IMG/VR virus record: IMGVR_UViG_3300045003_000239
Location: 1-61,259 of that record
DNA: 61,259 bases
Origin: a virus
Lineage: Duplodnaviria > Caudoviricetes
Strand: one strand, 5' to 3'
Shown here: positions 58,054-61,259 of the stretch, piece by piece
Numbering within the stretch: position 1 is the first letter of the stretch
How the letters are laid out: each line of letters starts with the position of its first letter
Made by a program: the position numbers and the translations under genes
Notes under the pieces: generated by a model
The model's database searches: none
The model's input: only the letters and a program-made list of their open reading frames with translations
What the model was told of the DNA's origin: nothing

Positions 58054-58479
58054 ACGAAGCCCGACTGGATCACGCCCGACGTCCGCCGCGCCTGGGCGGC
58101 CTACCACTACCCCACGAAGCGCGCCCGCGGCCTCATCCCGCGGAACACGACCGCCGCCGACTGGGCCTCCGAGTTCATCAAGCAGATCGACCCCACGGAC
58201 CTCGACCTCGGCGCCGCGCTGCTGCTCCTGCGCGCGACGGCCGAGCGCACGCAGCTCTTCCCCTTCGTGCACTTCGGTCGTTCCCTCGAGACGGCCTACT
58301 ACGAGGACACGGGCGAGAAGGCGCCCGCGTGGCCCTTCAGCGTCGCCGTCGTGGACGAGTCGAAGACCACGCTCGCGACGTTCGACCCGCGCACGAGCGA
58401 GGGCATCCACCACGCGCTCCTCCAGGCCATCGACGTCATGGCGCGCACGCGCCCGAGCAAGATCCGGCTCACGGAGTAG
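58054..58479 (+). CDS. Hypothetical protein with probable ACG start
   Basis: GGGAGGA SD 7 nt before ACG; in-frame TAA at 58000; strongly biased codons well before the first GTG (58267). Confidence 0.55.
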   Translation, partial: TKPDWITPDVRRAWAAYHYPTKRARGLIPRNTTAADWASEFIKQIDPTDLDLGAALLLLRATAERTQLFPFVHFGRSLETAYYEDTGEKAPAWPFSVAVVDESKTTLATFDPRTSEGIHHALLQAIDVMARTRPSKIRLTE

Positions 58480-58485
58480 GTCGCC

Positions 58486-59577
58486 ATGCCCATCACCGGC
58501 TTCCGCTGCCCCGTCCCGACGAAGACCGTTCGCGAGGTCTGCTCACCCGAGGAGTGCCTGGCCTCATGCCTCAAGGGCGAGGGCTGCCACCCGCCGGCGT
58601 ACATCGCCAACATCACGAAGCAGGTGTCGATGTACAACAACTCCGGGACCATCAGCGGCAGCGGCCTCAAGCCCGAGTGCGATCTGAAGCCTTTCCTGGA
58701 GCGGACGCGCGACTTCCTCGTGGACCCGGGGAGCCTCCACTGGGCCAGCTACCGCGGCGCGCTCGTGCACACGAGCATGGAGGAGTTCGCGGAGCATCCG
58801 GCGGCGAAGGACTGGATTGTCGAGCAGCGCTTCTACGCGGCCATCCTACCCGCGCCGCGCGACGAGGTCGCCGCGTTCGCCGCGCAGCACGGCGTCATCC
58901 TCGGCCAGGAGACCCTCCTTCCCGGCGTCGTCCCCATCCAGATGCCGGCCGACAAGGAGGCCCGCATCCGCGCCGTCGAGGAGCTCAACAAGGCGCGCTT
59001 CATCATCCTCAGCGGCCAGGTCGATAGCTACGACGCGCCCAACAAGATCCTCTGGGACTACAAGACGACGAAGTGGGTGAGCGACTGGGTCCTCGAGAAG
59101 GAGGGCTACTTCTGGCAGGTCCGCTTCTACGCCTTCCTCCTCCGCCTCCACGGTCACGACGTCCAACGCGCATTCCTCAGCTTCATGGACGCCGCCGTGG
59201 AGCAGAGCGCCGAGGTCAGTCTCGGCGACCTCGCCACCTTCGTGCGCGACACCATCAAGCCCGTCGCGCAGCGCCTCTGGATGATCCGCATGGGCTTCCT
59301 CCCCGCCGAGCCCACGCCGAACTTCCTCTGTATGCCCAACAAGGAGGGCCGCGTGTACTGCAACGTGCGCGAGCACTGCGCGTACTGGACCGCTCTCGAC
59401 GGGAAGCCCGCGCAGGTCGTCTGGATCGACCGGCCGCCCACCGACCGGCTCGTCGAGCCCTCGAAGTGCTACTCGTGCGGTTTCTATGTCACCGCCGCCG
59501 AGAAGAAGGCCGGCGTCACGCGCCAGTGCCCCTCCCGCTGCCCCAACATCAAGGAGACGAAGCCCGATGCCGCTTAA
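58486..59577 (+). CDS. Cas4/AddB-like PD-(D/E)XK exonuclease
   Basis: RGALVH..ME, SGQVD...DYKT, Q...YA, C...YC...HC. Confidence 0.85.
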   Translation: MPITGFRCPVPTKTVREVCSPEECLASCLKGEGCHPPAYIANITKQVSMYNNSGTISGSGLKPECDLKPFLERTRDFLVDPGSLHWASYRGALVHTSMEEFAEHPAAKDWIVEQRFYAAILPAPRDEVAAFAAQHGVILGQETLLPGVVPIQMPADKEARIRAVEELNKARFIILSGQVDSYDAPNKILWDYKTTKWVSDWVLEKEGYFWQVRFYAFLLRLHGHDVQRAFLSFMDAAVEQSAEVSLGDLATFVRDTIKPVAQRLWMIRMGFLPAEPTPNFLCMPNKEGRVYCNVREHCAYWTALDGKPAQVVWIDRPPTDRLVEPSKCYSCGFYVTAAEKKAGVTRQCPSRCPNIKETKPDAA

Positions 59578-60199
59578 CTGGCCCCCCGGATGGAACCGCA
59601 CCAGCACCGACGACCGCGAGCGCGGACGCTTCAAGCGCGTCACGCGCGAGGAGAGCAGCTACGGCGGCACGTACCCCGTGAACCGCGCGATCACCTTCAG
59701 CGACGCGCTCAACGAGCTCATGCAGGAGATCCGCCGCGCGGGCGGCAGCGACCTCCGCATCGACCACGACGGCCAGAGCGATGTCACCGGCGTCCCGCTC
59801 AAGGGCAAGCGCGAGCCCGAGGACCCCGGCGTCGTCGTCCGCTTCCGCCGCGCGGGCCACAGCTACGCCATCGCGTGCGACAGGTACACCGACCGCGCGC
59901 AGAACCTCCGCGCCATCGCGAAGACCATCGAGGCCACGCGCGGCATCGAGCGCTGGGGCGCGGTCACGGGAGAGCAGGCCTTCAAAGGCTACGAGGCGCT
60001 GCCGCCGCCGGGCGGGAGCACGGGCACGAGTGCGCCCATCGTGCCGCCGCGTCCGCCGCACGACGTCCTCGGCGTCTCGCCCACCGCGCCCCCCGAGGTC
60101 GTCAAGGCCGCCTTCCGCGCGCTCGTCGCGGCCCGCGGCCAGGACGCCGACGTCACGGACCTCATCGCCGCCCGCGACACCCTCCTCAAGGCCGCGTGA
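59567..60199 (+). CDS. Phage J-domain-family protein lacking HPD
   Basis: PLNWPPGWNRT, DPGVVVRF, ACDRY...NLRAI.KTIEA.RGIERWG, HDVLGV. Confidence 0.8.
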   Translation: MPLNWPPGWNRTSTDDRERGRFKRVTREESSYGGTYPVNRAITFSDALNELMQEIRRAGGSDLRIDHDGQSDVTGVPLKGKREPEDPGVVVRFRRAGHSYAIACDRYTDRAQNLRAIAKTIEATRGIERWGAVTGEQAFKGYEALPPPGGSTGTSAPIVPPRPPHDVLGVSPTAPPEVVKAAFRALVAARGQDADVTDLIAARDTLLKAA

Positions 60200-60203
60200 G
60201 GCC

Positions 60204-60554
60204 ATGCTGGAGATTCGCTGGGACGGGCCCCGCGTCGTCGAGCTCGTCGTGCGCGGGAGCGTCCGCGAAGCGCCCGTGTACGCCGCGCGCCTCCGCGGCA
60301 TGAGCCGCGCTCACGGCTTCGAGCGCGAGTTCCTCGGCAGCTCCCGCTTGATCGAGGGCGGGAGGACGGAAGAGATTACGCTCCCCGTCTCCGCGCTGCG
60401 CCCGGGCGACATCCTCGAGGTGCGCGACGGCACGCCGCTGGAGCGCAGTGGGATCTACGAGCGCTTCCTCCTCTTCGACGGTGCGCGCTTCTCGCGCGTC
60501 GAGATGGCGTACGCGCTCCACGCGATGCGAAGGCTATCATCCGCAGCGCAGTAG
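60204..60554 (+). CDS. Hypothetical protein
   Basis: YAARLRG.S..HGFEREFL...DILEVR. Confidence 0.55.
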   Translation: MLEIRWDGPRVVELVVRGSVREAPVYAARLRGMSRAHGFEREFLGSSRLIEGGRTEEITLPVSALRPGDILEVRDGTPLERSGIYERFLLFDGARFSRVEMAYALHAMRRLSSAAQ

Positions 60555-60572
60555 CGCGCGCCGTCGCAAAAC

Positions 60573-60590
60573 GGAAATGATTATGATTCG
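60573..60590 (+). promoter_or_regulatory. BRE/TATA-like promoter of the MTase-replication operon
   Basis: GGAAATGATTATGATTCG; ATG 60612 is ~31 nt after TTAT. Confidence 0.7.
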
Positions 60591-60611
60591 AGCGCGCCTT
60601 AGCGGCGACCC

Positions 60612-60851
60612 ATGCGGCCCGTGCGCTCCACGCGCTCCGTTTGCGTCCATCGGTTCGACGTGCTGAGCCGACCCAAGCGCGCCCGCCGCTTCGAGAGCCT
60701 CAAGGACGCCGTCGGCGCGCTCAAGCTCCGCGACCCTGGCTTCCGCGCGTTCCGCCGCGTCACCGCGCGCTTCTGGAGCGCCGGCGGCCACGGCGAGTAC
60801 GCCTTCGCCCACCCCGCCACCGCGCCCTGCCCGGAGGCCTGGACGCGGTGA
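60612..60851 (+). CDS. Hypothetical basic protein
   Basis: Leaderless position; GTGA overlap with MTase. Confidence 0.5.
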   Translation: MRPVRSTRSVCVHRFDVLSRPKRARRFESLKDAVGALKLRDPGFRAFRRVTARFWSAGGHGEYAFAHPATAPCPEAWTR

Positions 60852-61259
60852 AGATCGCATACGCCGACCCCATCTACATCGGCCAGGCGCGCAAGCTCTA
60901 CAAGGAGCCCGAGATGGATCACGTCGCGCTCATCGAGCGCCTCGAAACCGAGTTCCCTGACGGCTGGGCCCTGAGCGCCTCCGTGCCGTCCATGCACCTC
61001 ATCATGGACATGCTCCGCGACCGAGGCCTCGACCTCTACCGCGGTGACTACCGCATCGGCTCCTGCGTGAAGCCCTTCTGCGCCTTCAAGCCCAACGTGA
61101 ACCCGGCCTACGCTTGGGAGCCCGTCTTCTTTAGGGGGGGGGGCACGGAGAACCCGCCAGCAGCCAACCCTGAGGGACTGGGTCCCGTGCAACATCACGC
61201 TCAAGCGCGGGCTCACGGGCGCGAAGCCCGAAGGCTTCTGCTTCTGGGTCTTCGAGTGG
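60848..61259 (+). CDS. 5' part of beta-class amino-DNA methyltransferase (continues at 146-262); frameshifted at G10
   Basis: VKIAYADPIYIGQARKLY...FPDGWALS...VKPFCAFKPNVNPAYAWEPVFFRGG. Confidence 0.85.
   Translation, partial: MKIAYADPIYIGQARKLYKEPEMDHVALIERLETEFPDGWALSASVPSMHLIMDMLRDRGLDLYRGDYRIGSCVKPFCAFKPNVNPAYAWEPVFFRGGGTENPPAANPEGLGPVQHHAQARAHGREARRLLLLGLRV
61116..61259. repeat. Terminal direct repeat / circular overlap, right copy
   Basis: Matches 1-145 with G10 (61134-61143) instead of G11. Confidence 0.95.

Noticed and set aside
58486-59577. Cas4 as part of a CRISPR-Cas system
   Set aside because: Solo nuclease near ERF; better explained as a recombination exonuclease.

Overview
The window is an apparently complete, circular genome of about 61.1 kb (1-145 recurs at 61116-61259). 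It belongs to a very GC-rich tailed virus with an HK97-type head and a long, probably non-contractile tail module. An archaeal host is inferred from an AEP primase fused to a PriX-like domain, a stand-alone Cdc6/Orc1 winged helix, a RadA/RadB-like ATPase, an archaeal RPA, XPF/ERCC4, PolB with a PIP box, a UPF0058 protein and BRE/TATA-like promoters. The proteome is not acidic, so a non-halophilic host such as a high-GC Thermoplasmatota lineage is plausible but unproven. Modules are: replication/recombination (56.7 kb across the join to 5.8 kb, plus PolB at 24-26.6 kb); a methyltransferase cluster; packaging and head genes; an accessory island of micro-ORFs; head/tail morphogenesis (29.7-52 kb) with a lambda G/GT-type -1 frameshift; and a serine recombinase next to a minus-strand control region. 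The most striking feature concerns the six DNA methyltransferase genes. Four of them carry an internal poly-G tract (G9-G11), and in each one G9 restores the intact enzyme. Three are frameshifted OFF as assembled, and the tract present in both terminal copies reads G11 in one and G10 in the other. This points to a phase-variable, combinatorial viral methylome (a viral 'phasevarion'); homopolymer sequencing error remains the caveat. Also notable are a tRNA-like RNA lacking an anticodon loop, a candidate ~290-nt structured RNA, apparent ATA and ACG start codons, repeated candidate Lys-specific protease sites in head proteins, and strong avoidance of GTCGAC. All family assignments are by motif recognition, not database search.
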